NCBI GenBank assembly: GCA_016782885.1
Contig: JADHXQ010000003.1
Coordinates: 18,316 to 82,315 of the forward strand
DNA: 64,000 bases
From: Phycisphaerae bacterium
GTDB lineage: Bacteria > Planctomycetota > Phycisphaerae > SM23-33
Reading direction: 5' to 3'
Below the pieces are notes generated by a model. The model saw only the letters and a program-made list of their open reading frames with translations. It did not search any database and was not told the DNA's origin. How positions within the stretch are numbered: the first letter of the stretch is position 1; each line of letters begins with the position of its first letter. Below are positions 9,082 through 17,430 of this stretch, in pieces. A program made the translations under genes and the position numbers.

Positions 9082-10851
9082 ATGAGACTCACCTGTGTCC
9101 TCATAACAGTTGCCCTCGCCCTGTCGGGCGATGTCGCTTCGGCGGAAGACTGGCCCCAGTGGGGAGGCCGGCCGGATCGGAACATGGCCTCGGATGCGAG
9201 GAATCTGCCCCTTTTGTTCGGACCGGGCAGGCCCAAAGATGGCAGCCGCCAGATCGATATGTCCACAACCCGCAACGTCAAGTGGGCGATCGTCCTGGGC
9301 AGCCAGACGTACGGTAACCCGGTAGTTTCAGGCGGGAAGCTCATTGTCGGCACGAACGACGCCATGCTCGACGACAGGCGATTCAAGCGGACCCGGGGCG
9401 GAATAGTTATCTGCTGCGACGCCGAAACGGGCAAAACTCTCTGGACGCTCGTCGTACCGCGACACGAAAACAGGGAGGAGGGTTTCTACATGGACCAGAT
9501 GAACCTGGGCATCTGCAACTCGGCTACCATCGAAGGCGACAGGGCGTACGTTGTAACCGGGCGCGGCGAAGTGCTCTGCCTCGACATGAACGGACAGGCC
9601 GACGGAAACGACGGGGCCTTTCAGGACGAAGGTAAGTTCATGGTCCCCAAACGCCACCCGCCCGCGAAACTCAACAAGTCGGACGCTGACATCATCTGGC
9701 GATACGACATGGTCACCGAGTTGCCCGTTCGCCCGCACGACGCGGTAAGCTGCGCCGCGCTGATACACGGCGACTTCATCTACGCCGGCACGTCAAACGG
9801 TCCGGACCTGTCCCACATCAACCTGCCGTATCCCGATGCGGCGAGCCTGATCGTGCTGAACAAGAAAACCGGCAAGCTCGTCGCAAAAGACGAAGAGAAA
9901 ATAGGCAGGCGGATGTTTCACGGGCAGTGGTCCTCCCCGTCCATGGCTCGCGCAGGCGGCAAGATGCTGGTGTTCTACGGCGCCGGCGACGGGCTGATCT
10001 ACGCGTTCGAGGCCTTGAGCGAAGCGCCCGACGGGGACAAGGTCGCCACACTCAAGAAAGTATGGGCCTACGACTGCAACCCCCGCGACTACCGCTTCCG
10101 TCCCAGCGGTAAGAAAATCCTTTACACGCGCCTGACCGGTCCGGCCAGGAACAAGATCCGCGGCGAGGGGCCCAGCGAGATCATCGCAACGCCGGTGTTC
10201 TACAACCGGAGAGTCTATGTAGCCACCGGTCGCGACCCGCACCACGGGACGGGCCCGGGAATGCTGTCGTGCGTGGACGCCGCCACCGGAAAGAAGGTTT
10301 GGGAATCGCGCGACGTCGAGCGGTCGCTGTCGACCTGTTCGATCTACGACTCCCTGCTCTACATCGCCGACCATTCAGGCAACCTGCACTGCTTCGACGC
10401 CGATACCGGAAAGCGGCACTGGGTCCACCGCACCGATCCGGAATACGGAAAATATCCATTCCGGACCAACTCGCCGCTGTGGAGTTCGACATTCGCAGCC
10501 GACGGAAAAATCTATCTCGGCACGGAGAAGAAGGAACTGTGGGTCTTTGAAGCCTCTAAGAAAAAGAAGATACTCAACAAGATTCCCCTCCTGGAAAAGA
10601 TGTCTAACACGCCGATCACCGCAAACGGTATACTGTACGTCACCACCGGACGATACCTTTACGCCGTAACCGGCAAAGCCAAAGTGTCAGCTAACCAGCA
10701 ACCCCTGGGAGTCAATAATGAAATCATCGCTTGTCCGTATTATCGCATTCCTCGCCGTCACAGTCGCCTTCGCCTCGACCGCCCGCACCGCGGATGTCGC
10801 ACACAAGTTCCTCGGCGTGGACAACAAAGCCAACAACCTGATCTACGTTGA
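9082..10851 (+). CDS. PQQ-like repeat beta-propeller protein, paralog C. Its stop codon is lost, giving a ~55-aa C-terminal extension that overlaps the next gene.
   Basis: Paralogs A and B end at ...YAI/V..D..K/R-stop. Here the frame reads through (YAVTGKAKVSANQQ...) for a further 165 nt until 10851. Confidence 0.65.
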   Translation: MRLTCVLITVALALSGDVASAEDWPQWGGRPDRNMASDARNLPLLFGPGRPKDGSRQIDMSTTRNVKWAIVLGSQTYGNPVVSGGKLIVGTNDAMLDDRRFKRTRGGIVICCDAETGKTLWTLVVPRHENREEGFYMDQMNLGICNSATIEGDRAYVVTGRGEVLCLDMNGQADGNDGAFQDEGKFMVPKRHPPAKLNKSDADIIWRYDMVTELPVRPHDAVSCAALIHGDFIYAGTSNGPDLSHINLPYPDAASLIVLNKKTGKLVAKDEEKIGRRMFHGQWSSPSMARAGGKMLVFYGAGDGLIYAFEALSEAPDGDKVATLKKVWAYDCNPRDYRFRPSGKKILYTRLTGPARNKIRGEGPSEIIATPVFYNRRVYVATGRDPHHGTGPGMLSCVDAATGKKVWESRDVERSLSTCSIYDSLLYIADHSGNLHCFDADTGKRHWVHRTDPEYGKYPFRTNSPLWSSTFAADGKIYLGTEKKELWVFEASKKKKILNKIPLLEKMSNTPITANGILYVTTGRYLYAVTGKAKVSANQQPLGVNNEIIACPYYRIPRRHSRLRLDRPHRGCRTQVPRRGQQSQQPDLR

Positions 10852-12214
10852 CCAGACAGACACAAAGAAAAGCTGGACCGCCGCCATCCCCGGCGGGTCG
10901 CGCGATCTGCAGGTCATCGATGGCAATAAGGTCCTCGTCAGCCACGGTAACGGCGCGGGCGAATACGATCTGGCTACGGGCAAGAAGCTATGGGCGATCG
11001 ATTCGTTTACAGGCATCAACTCCGCCCGTCGCCTGGACGACGGAAACACGCTGCTCGGCGGGAGCGGGAAGGGTGGAATAACCATCTACACCGCAGACCG
11101 CACGGGCAAGACGCTCGGCGAGTTGGTCCTCAAGGGCCTGCGGGACCTTCGCCTGATGCGGCGCCTGAAGAACGGAAACATCCTGCTGACCGTCGGCGGA
11201 CCCTATCGGGTTATCGAAGTCGACACCAGGGGGAAGATCGTCTGGCAGGCTAAGATTCCGGGCAAGGGATACAAAGCCGTCCGCCTTCCGTGCGGTAATA
11301 CTTTGGTATCGACAGCCAGCGCCGCGGTGATCGTCGAACTCGACGCAGATGGCAAGATCGTATTCTCGGTGGGCGGAAAGAAGGAACATCCGAATATTCT
11401 GCTGGACTGCTTCTCCGGTTTCGACACACTGCCTAACGGTAACGTGGTCGTCGCCAACTGGCTGGGACACGGTAATATGGGCAAGGGCGGCCAGCACCTC
11501 ATCGAGTTCGATCGCAAGAACAAAGTGGTCTGGACATGGGGCGACAACAAGACAGCAAAGGTGCTCACCAACCTGCTGATCGTGGACGATGTGAAGCAAT
11601 CAACACCCGCCGCCGCCACCCCCGCCGTCGCTGGTGAATGGACCGCCCTGTTCGACGGTAAGACGCTCGAGGGCTGGACCAACCCCTACAAGTGGGGCAA
11701 GGCGTCGGTCGTCGACGGAGAAATCCACCTCACGACCACCAGGTCCAAGTTCTTCCTGACCACCGCCAAACAGTACGCCGACTTCATATTCGAAGTTGAA
11801 GTCAAGATGCCCGAAGGCAAGAGCAACTCCGGATTCATGTTCCGCTGCCACCAGCAGCCCAACAAGGTCTTCGGGTACCAGGCCGAGGTCGACCCGTCAG
11901 ACCGCAAGTGGTCCGGCGGCCTGTACGATGAGGGACGGCGCGGATGGCTTTATCCCGACAAGAAGAAGAAAGAAACGATTGGGGCCTTCCGCAAGAACGC
12001 GGGCGACAGCTTCAAACGCGACGACTGGAACAAGTACCGTATCGAATGCGTCGGTGACAGCCTGAAGATATCCGTCAACGGCGTCCAGACAACCGACTTC
12101 AAGGACTCCACCGACGCCCAGGGATATCTCGCCCTGCAGCATCACGGCGAGAGGGGCAAGATTTACCGATTCAGGAACATCCGCGTAAAGGTCCTCAAAG
12201 CCGCCAAGGAGTAG
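10718..12214 (+). CDS. secreted two-domain protein with an N-terminal beta-propeller-like domain and a C-terminal DUF1080 (3-keto-disaccharide hydrolase-like, LamG fold) domain
   Basis: Signal peptide MKSSLVRIIAFLAVTVAFA with a GGGAG ribosome-binding site 8 nt upstream. The C-terminal region (EWTALFDGKTLEGW...NSGFMFR...GYQAEVD...WNKYRIECVGDSLKISVNGVQT...GYLALQHHG...IRFRNIRVK) matches the DUF1080 signature. Confidence 0.75.
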   Translation: MKSSLVRIIAFLAVTVAFASTARTADVAHKFLGVDNKANNLIYVDQTDTKKSWTAAIPGGSRDLQVIDGNKVLVSHGNGAGEYDLATGKKLWAIDSFTGINSARRLDDGNTLLGGSGKGGITIYTADRTGKTLGELVLKGLRDLRLMRRLKNGNILLTVGGPYRVIEVDTRGKIVWQAKIPGKGYKAVRLPCGNTLVSTASAAVIVELDADGKIVFSVGGKKEHPNILLDCFSGFDTLPNGNVVVANWLGHGNMGKGGQHLIEFDRKNKVVWTWGDNKTAKVLTNLLIVDDVKQSTPAAATPAVAGEWTALFDGKTLEGWTNPYKWGKASVVDGEIHLTTTRSKFFLTTAKQYADFIFEVEVKMPEGKSNSGFMFRCHQQPNKVFGYQAEVDPSDRKWSGGLYDEGRRGWLYPDKKKKETIGAFRKNAGDSFKRDDWNKYRIECVGDSLKISVNGVQTTDFKDSTDAQGYLALQHHGERGKIYRFRNIRVKVLKAAKE

Positions 12215-12217
12215 AAA

Positions 12218-13246
12218 ATGATGAATATTCGCAAGATAGCGATCCCGTGCGTACTCGTAACGTTCGTTTGCCTGTGCGCAGGCCTCGCCGAAGACACCAC
12301 CAAGAACCCGATAGCCATCCGCGCACACAACGTAGTCGTACCGCCGGCGACCGGTCCGGTCAGCGGATTTACCGTCAAGAACCTCCTGGACGCCCCGTAC
12401 ACGGGCAAGGTCACGGTGAAACTCCCCGACGGATGGAAAGCCGACAAGACCCGGTTCGATGTCTCGCTCAAAGCGCGTGAAACGAAACACATCGCATTCG
12501 CGATCGAGAAAGCAGTAGACAGCAAGGTCAATGCGTACCCGTACAAGATCACAGCCGTCGGCAGCGGCAAGACCGTCACGGTCGACCAGAAGGTGATCTG
12601 CGCTACCACGCCATACGTCAAACCGAAGATCGACGGCGATATCTCCGAGTGGTTAAACGATGCAGTCCCCGTAACGTTCATTTGCAAGGACAAGAAGACC
12701 GTTGTCCGGACGTTTTGGAACAAGCGAAACTTCTGCCTCTGCGTCGAAGTGCAGGAGGACAAGTTCATCGCGGACGCAGACGCGATCCAGTTCGCCCTGG
12801 CCTCGGGCAAGGCGTCGACGGGCGATTCCCCAGACGACAAGACCGCCCGGTACGAATTTCTGATCGTCGGCGGGAGGTGCTACCAGTTAGTCAAGCCGGG
12901 AACCCCGCTGGGCGACACCCAAAAAGCTAATCCCCTGCCCGCGGAGACCGTCGCAAAATCCGTGGTGGCCGTCAAGCGGGAAAAAGACATCACGCGATAT
13001 GAAATATCCGTACCGATGCGCCCCATGCAGGAACTCCGGGCCACTACCGGACGCGAGTACCGCTTCTCCGTGCTGGTCCACGACCCCGACTCTACGGGTA
13101 TTCGGGATCTCGCCGAAGCGGCCAGCCCGCTGCCCGGAAGCCGCAACAAGTATGCCTGGTGCAAATGGCCCGGCGCAAAGTGGCCCAGTGAAAAGCCCCT
13201 GCTCGACAGCAAAGTCGAATGGGGCTTCTGTACATCGATACACTGA
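12218..13246 (+). CDS. secreted hypothetical protein, possibly with a CBM9/DOMON-like carbohydrate-binding domain
   Basis: Signal peptide. The KPKIDGDISEWLNDAVPVTF segment resembles the start of CBM9-like domains. It begins 3 nt after the stop of the upstream gene. Confidence 0.5.
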   Translation: MMNIRKIAIPCVLVTFVCLCAGLAEDTTKNPIAIRAHNVVVPPATGPVSGFTVKNLLDAPYTGKVTVKLPDGWKADKTRFDVSLKARETKHIAFAIEKAVDSKVNAYPYKITAVGSGKTVTVDQKVICATTPYVKPKIDGDISEWLNDAVPVTFICKDKKTVVRTFWNKRNFCLCVEVQEDKFIADADAIQFALASGKASTGDSPDDKTARYEFLIVGGRCYQLVKPGTPLGDTQKANPLPAETVAKSVVAVKREKDITRYEISVPMRPMQELRATTGREYRFSVLVHDPDSTGIRDLAEAASPLPGSRNKYAWCKWPGAKWPSEKPLLDSKVEWGFCTSIH

Positions 13247-13324
13247 TCGACTACAGTACTTTTTACAGGCGTTGTTTAGATCGTCCCCCCAGGGCACGTT
13301 AACTTTTTCAGACAGGAGAATGCA

Positions 13325-14374
13325 ATGAATCGTGAAATGAAAGTTCCAGCCAGGTTGGTTTTCGCATTGGTGTTCGCAGCCGTTCTTGTCTCGGGCTGCG
13401 CCGAGCCCTTGAAGTCAGGTCGCGCGGCGAAAAAAGGCGCCATCGTGATTCAGTCGGCGTTGGCGGAGAATGAAGACGCCCTGAAGGCGGGCAAGATCGC
13501 GGCAGAATCGCTCAAGAAGGCCTTGGGCAGCACCGCTCCCAAGGTCGTCCTCGTCACCGACTGTTTCGATGACAAAGCCCTCAAGACCAGCGCCCTCAAG
13601 GGTGTGACCTCCGTATTCTCCAAGGACATTGTCGTGGGTTTCGCCGGGTATGGTTCGTTTACCCAGGGCGGGGCACAGGACACCGATACGGTCGGCGTGC
13701 TGGGAATCGGCGGCGACGGGATCGACGTCCAGATAGCGTTCCAGAAGAACATGGGCGCCAAGGGCCTGTCGTTCGATACCGACAAGGCCAAACTCACCAA
13801 GGTACTGGGAGATGCCGGGCGGACCCTGGCGAAGAAACTGACCCAAAAGGCCGATTCACGCCTGCTGATCGCCATTCCCGACGCCCACTCGCCCAAGAAC
13901 CAGTTGTTCATGGACGGGCTGCAGGAAGTGGTCGGCAAGGACTTCCCGATAACCGGCGGTTCGATCTCCAAGAACGACGGCGAAACGTTCCTCTCCTACC
14001 AGGGCCAGCTCCACAGTGACAGCGCTATCGCGATAATGCTCTCGGGCGATTTCAAGGTCGCGATGGCGGGCAGGCAGGCGAAAACCAACGACGCCGTAAT
14101 CGCCACAGCCAAGGATGGAGCGGCAGAGGCCCTCAAGAACCTCGGCGCCAAGCCGATCGCCATGATCGCCTTCGACTGCGCAGGACGAAAGGGCAAGCTC
14201 GACAACCTCGGAGACGAACTCAAAGCGTTCCAGGGAGTCACGGGCAAGGATATCACGGTGTTCGGAGCCTACTGCGCCGGCGAGTTCGGACCGGCCGATG
14301 TTAAAGAGAAGAAACCCGGCGTCGTATCCAGCGGGATGGGCTGGCACGCCATGATCACGTTCATCGGGCGCTGA
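13325..14374 (+). CDS. lipoprotein, possibly with FIST-like N and C sensory domains
   Basis: Signal peptide ending in the lipobox L-V-S-G-C. Internal segments (VVLVTDCFDD..., GAYCAGEFGP) loosely resemble FIST_N/FIST_C. Confidence 0.45.
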   Translation: MNREMKVPARLVFALVFAAVLVSGCAEPLKSGRAAKKGAIVIQSALAENEDALKAGKIAAESLKKALGSTAPKVVLVTDCFDDKALKTSALKGVTSVFSKDIVVGFAGYGSFTQGGAQDTDTVGVLGIGGDGIDVQIAFQKNMGAKGLSFDTDKAKLTKVLGDAGRTLAKKLTQKADSRLLIAIPDAHSPKNQLFMDGLQEVVGKDFPITGGSISKNDGETFLSYQGQLHSDSAIAIMLSGDFKVAMAGRQAKTNDAVIATAKDGAAEALKNLGAKPIAMIAFDCAGRKGKLDNLGDELKAFQGVTGKDITVFGAYCAGEFGPADVKEKKPGVVSSGMGWHAMITFIGR

Positions 14375-14376
14375 GG

Positions 14377-15387
14377 ATGAACCTGCAATCGCGACGTGAT
14401 TTTCTCAGGACCGTCTCGCTGGCGGGCGCAGTTGTCCTGACCGATTCGGCTTCGGTCAAGGCGGCGCCCCCCGCCGGCGAAACGGTTCGTGCAATCCGCT
14501 ATCGCAGCGCCGCCGATTCGACGGAGCAGGCGGCGATATTCTACGCGCCGGAATCAAAATCCAAAACGCCTGTCCCACTGCTGGTCGGTCTGCACACATG
14601 GAGCGCTAACTACAGGCAGGTCGGCGGGCGATGCCCGTATGGACCATGGTGCATCAAGAACAAGTGGGCGTTTATCGGACCGGACTTCCGCGGATCGAAC
14701 AAGCGCCCGCAGGCCTGCGGGTCGCAACTGGCGGTAGACGACATAATCAGCGCGGTAAAGTACGCCCAAAAAGTCGCCAACATCGATGCTAATCGCATCT
14801 ATCTCATCGGCGCTTCGGGCGGAGGGCATATGGCGATGCTGATGGCCGGGCGGGCTCCGGAAATATGGGCCGGCGTCTCGGCGTGGGCGGGAATATCGGA
14901 CCTCAAGGCATGGCACGCCGAGTGCAAAAAGTCCAAACGCAGATACGCCGGGGAAATCGAGAAATCCTGCGGCGGACCGCCCGGGAAGAGCGACGCGGTG
15001 GACCTCGAATACAAAAACCGCTCACCGCTCACCTGGCTGCATCGGGCAAGAAAGACGGGCGTCCGCCTGGACATCAACGCGGGAATAAACGACGGGCACA
15101 GCGGCTCGGTGCCGATCAGCCATTCCCTGCGAGCGTTCAACGCGGTGGCCGATCCCGCCGACCGCATCTCCGACGCCGATATCGTCCACATGGTCGAAAA
15201 GGCCGAAGTCCCCACGCATCTGCGGAAGAAACTTTCCGATCGAACCTACGGGCCAAAGATACCATTGCTGCGAAAGATATCCGGCCCGGCGCGCATTACG
15301 ATATTCCAGGGCGGACACGAGATCGTACCGACCGCCGCACTGACCTGGTTGTCCCTGCAGAAAAAGTCTGCCCCGAAGCCGAAGTAG
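14377..15387 (+). CDS. Tat-secreted alpha/beta-hydrolase (esterase/peptidase S9-like)
   Basis: Twin-arginine motif SRRDFLR. GxSxG nucleophile elbow LIGASGGGH. It starts 2 nt after the stop of the upstream gene. Confidence 0.65.
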   Translation: MNLQSRRDFLRTVSLAGAVVLTDSASVKAAPPAGETVRAIRYRSAADSTEQAAIFYAPESKSKTPVPLLVGLHTWSANYRQVGGRCPYGPWCIKNKWAFIGPDFRGSNKRPQACGSQLAVDDIISAVKYAQKVANIDANRIYLIGASGGGHMAMLMAGRAPEIWAGVSAWAGISDLKAWHAECKKSKRRYAGEIEKSCGGPPGKSDAVDLEYKNRSPLTWLHRARKTGVRLDINAGINDGHSGSVPISHSLRAFNAVADPADRISDADIVHMVEKAEVPTHLRKKLSDRTYGPKIPLLRKISGPARITIFQGGHEIVPTAALTWLSLQKKSAPKPK

Positions 15388-15393
15388 CTACTG

Positions 15394-17286
15394 TCATTTC
15401 TTTACGGGCGTGATCTTCAGCGTGACCGTCGCTTCGGTCACTGGGGCTTTTAGTGCAATGCCTATTCGCGTCGGGAGCGTCTTGGTCCTGACGTCTTCCT
15501 TGATTTGTTCGGACTTAATATCAAACGCGACGCCGCCGGTGTCGATCTCGACGCGGAGGCTCTGCCCGCCATCGCTGACGATTATCGCGTTACGACCGCT
15601 GCGTTCCCACTTGCCCAGCGTAATCATGGCCGTTTCGAAGGACGTTGGCTTGCTGAAGGCGGCATCATCGCGAACCGTCAGCGACCCCGCGGCCGCACGG
15701 GAATAGACAAACGTCCTGTTTAGTTTGGTTAGCTGCGGTACTCTCTTGGCGTATGCCGAACGGATGTCCAGAACCAGCGTGTCGGCGTCGTCGGTGAATT
15801 TCGTTTTGACGACAACTCCTTTGGCGCCCGACCCGCTCTGCTGGAGCTTACCGGCGATGCGGGGCACGGGATGGCCCAGCGAATTCAGCACGCCGCTGAC
15901 ATAGCGTTTGGAACTGAACGTCCGCGCGGTATACACCTCGGCACCGGGGTCGACGAGTACCGGCGTCTTGCCGGCGACTACCACGTACGATCCGACATCG
16001 TTGTGATTGTGATGCTCGCCATTGTGCCCGCCCTTGAGCGCGACGCCTACGACGCATTTCGACTTGGGCGTCGGGCGACAGATGAGCACGCCGGCCTTGT
16101 CGAACCACGTTCGCACGCCCGGACCGGCGGCGGCATGGCCTCTATGGATGGCGCTGATCGAACTGGGGAATGAGAATATCATCGATATGGGCAATCGCCC
16201 TTTGAAGCTTATCAGCATCTTATCGCCGTCCGGGTCAGCGCCGAGCGAGTATCGGCGCGACAGAAAATGCACCATATCCAACGACGCCCGGGCGCTAACC
16301 GAGCAGTCGGCAAACGCGGGCGACACGCCGTTGATGATTTCGATACGCCGGGGGAACATCGCCGGGGTCCGGACGTTCTGTGCCTCCATCATGTCTATCC
16401 GCCCGCCGGTGGCCTGCCAGATCGTTTCAGCCAACTGCACGTAATTCCCAAACCCGTACGACCAGTAGCCCAGCCCCTCGCTGCAGTATCCGTCGGACGT
16501 GAAACCGGCCAGGAAGCTCTTGGAGTATTTCATCGCCGCCGCCACGTATTTTGCCCGCTCCGCCCGCGATTCGATCGTCGCCAGGGCGGCGCCGGTGACG
16601 CCGGCGAGGCACACCGCGTTCCAGTTGTTCGTGGTCGACATCCACCAGTTCGCCCGCCGTTTACCGCTGACCATCCCCATGTACGGATCGAATATCCGCT
16701 TGCGGAGGTTCTCGTCGATCAGTTTCCGCGTCCTGGCGTCGAGTTTGTCGCCTAGCAGATACCTCGCCGTCGCCAGTTCCCAACCCACATACGAAGACGC
16801 CAGGTCGATGTCGACGGTGCGTCCCTTGAAGTTCGCCAGCGACCTGTCGTGAGCGGGATAAACCCACGTCGGCTCGCTACAGATCGCGGCGATGACCTTC
16901 TGGAGATCGGTGATGAATCGCCCGTGGTTTTCGAGGCACTCAGCCACGGTCAGCAGGCCTATCCGCCCTCGCCGCCGCCCCGCTACCCTCTGCCATCTGT
17001 TCCGATTGCCCGTTCGCGAGAAGTCCAGGTACAGGTCGTCGCTCTGATCCGGCAGAGGCGCGCCGATCAGCTTGGCGGCTGTATCGACGATATCGCGATA
17101 TCCCTCGGTTTTCGCCAGAGCCTTCCAGGCCGTCCGATCGGCGGCCGGTCGCCCGAGACCGGCAGGCTTTGCCGGAAGGAACTCGGCGATGTTGGGCGCC
17201 TCAGCCGCCAACACACCAGCAGACGTAACCGCCAACACCGCCGCCATAATGCCTGTTATCCGTAAGATACGCTTGATCTTCCGCAT
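15394..17286 (-). CDS. heparinase II/III-like polysaccharide lyase family protein, secreted
   Basis: The C-terminal GGHNGEHHNHNDVGSYVV motif is typical of heparinase II/III-like domains. The start is placed at the internal ATG (17286) that precedes the signal peptide MRKIKRILRITGIMAAVLAVTSAGVLA. The ORF track extends it to 17388. Confidence 0.6.
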   Translation of the reverse strand: MRKIKRILRITGIMAAVLAVTSAGVLAAEAPNIAEFLPAKPAGLGRPAADRTAWKALAKTEGYRDIVDTAAKLIGAPLPDQSDDLYLDFSRTGNRNRWQRVAGRRRGRIGLLTVAECLENHGRFITDLQKVIAAICSEPTWVYPAHDRSLANFKGRTVDIDLASSYVGWELATARYLLGDKLDARTRKLIDENLRKRIFDPYMGMVSGKRRANWWMSTTNNWNAVCLAGVTGAALATIESRAERAKYVAAAMKYSKSFLAGFTSDGYCSEGLGYWSYGFGNYVQLAETIWQATGGRIDMMEAQNVRTPAMFPRRIEIINGVSPAFADCSVSARASLDMVHFLSRRYSLGADPDGDKMLISFKGRLPISMIFSFPSSISAIHRGHAAAGPGVRTWFDKAGVLICRPTPKSKCVVGVALKGGHNGEHHNHNDVGSYVVVAGKTPVLVDPGAEVYTARTFSSKRYVSGVLNSLGHPVPRIAGKLQQSGSGAKGVVVKTKFTDDADTLVLDIRSAYAKRVPQLTKLNRTFVYSRAAAGSLTVRDDAAFSKPTSFETAMITLGKWERSGRNAIIVSDGGQSLRVEIDTGGVAFDIKSEQIKEDVRTKTLPTRIGIALKAPVTEATVTLKITPVKK

Positions 17287-17361
17287 TTCTGTGTCTCCCG
17301 GTAAGCCCGCAGCGGACCTCTGAGATGATAATAGCCATTTTCCCCGCAGGAGCAAGACTAC

Positions 17362-17410
17362 CATTGCCAATGCGTTATCTGTTATCATAGGTACATTGCA
17401 ATTGCAATAG
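17362..17410. promoter_or_regulatory. ATTGC(N)AAT palindromic motifs in a divergent promoter region
   Basis: cattgccaatg at 17362..17372 and cattgcaattgcaat at 17394..17408, where ATTGCAAT is a perfect palindrome. They lie in the 144-bp AT-richer gap between divergently transcribed genes with starts at 17286 and 17431. Confidence 0.25.
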
Positions 17411-17430
17411 TATAGATTGGGAGTTGAGCT

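Noticed and set aside
5847-10851. Calling the triplicated genes PQQ-dependent dehydrogenases.
   Set aside because: Only the propeller repeat signature is visible. No evidence for PQQ or Ca-binding catalytic residues can be derived without alignment, so only a generic PQQ-like beta-propeller call is made.
17287-17388. A 34-codon upstream extension of the heparinase-like ORF.
   Set aside because: The internal Met at 17286 starts a classical signal peptide. The extension would read into the divergent promoter region.
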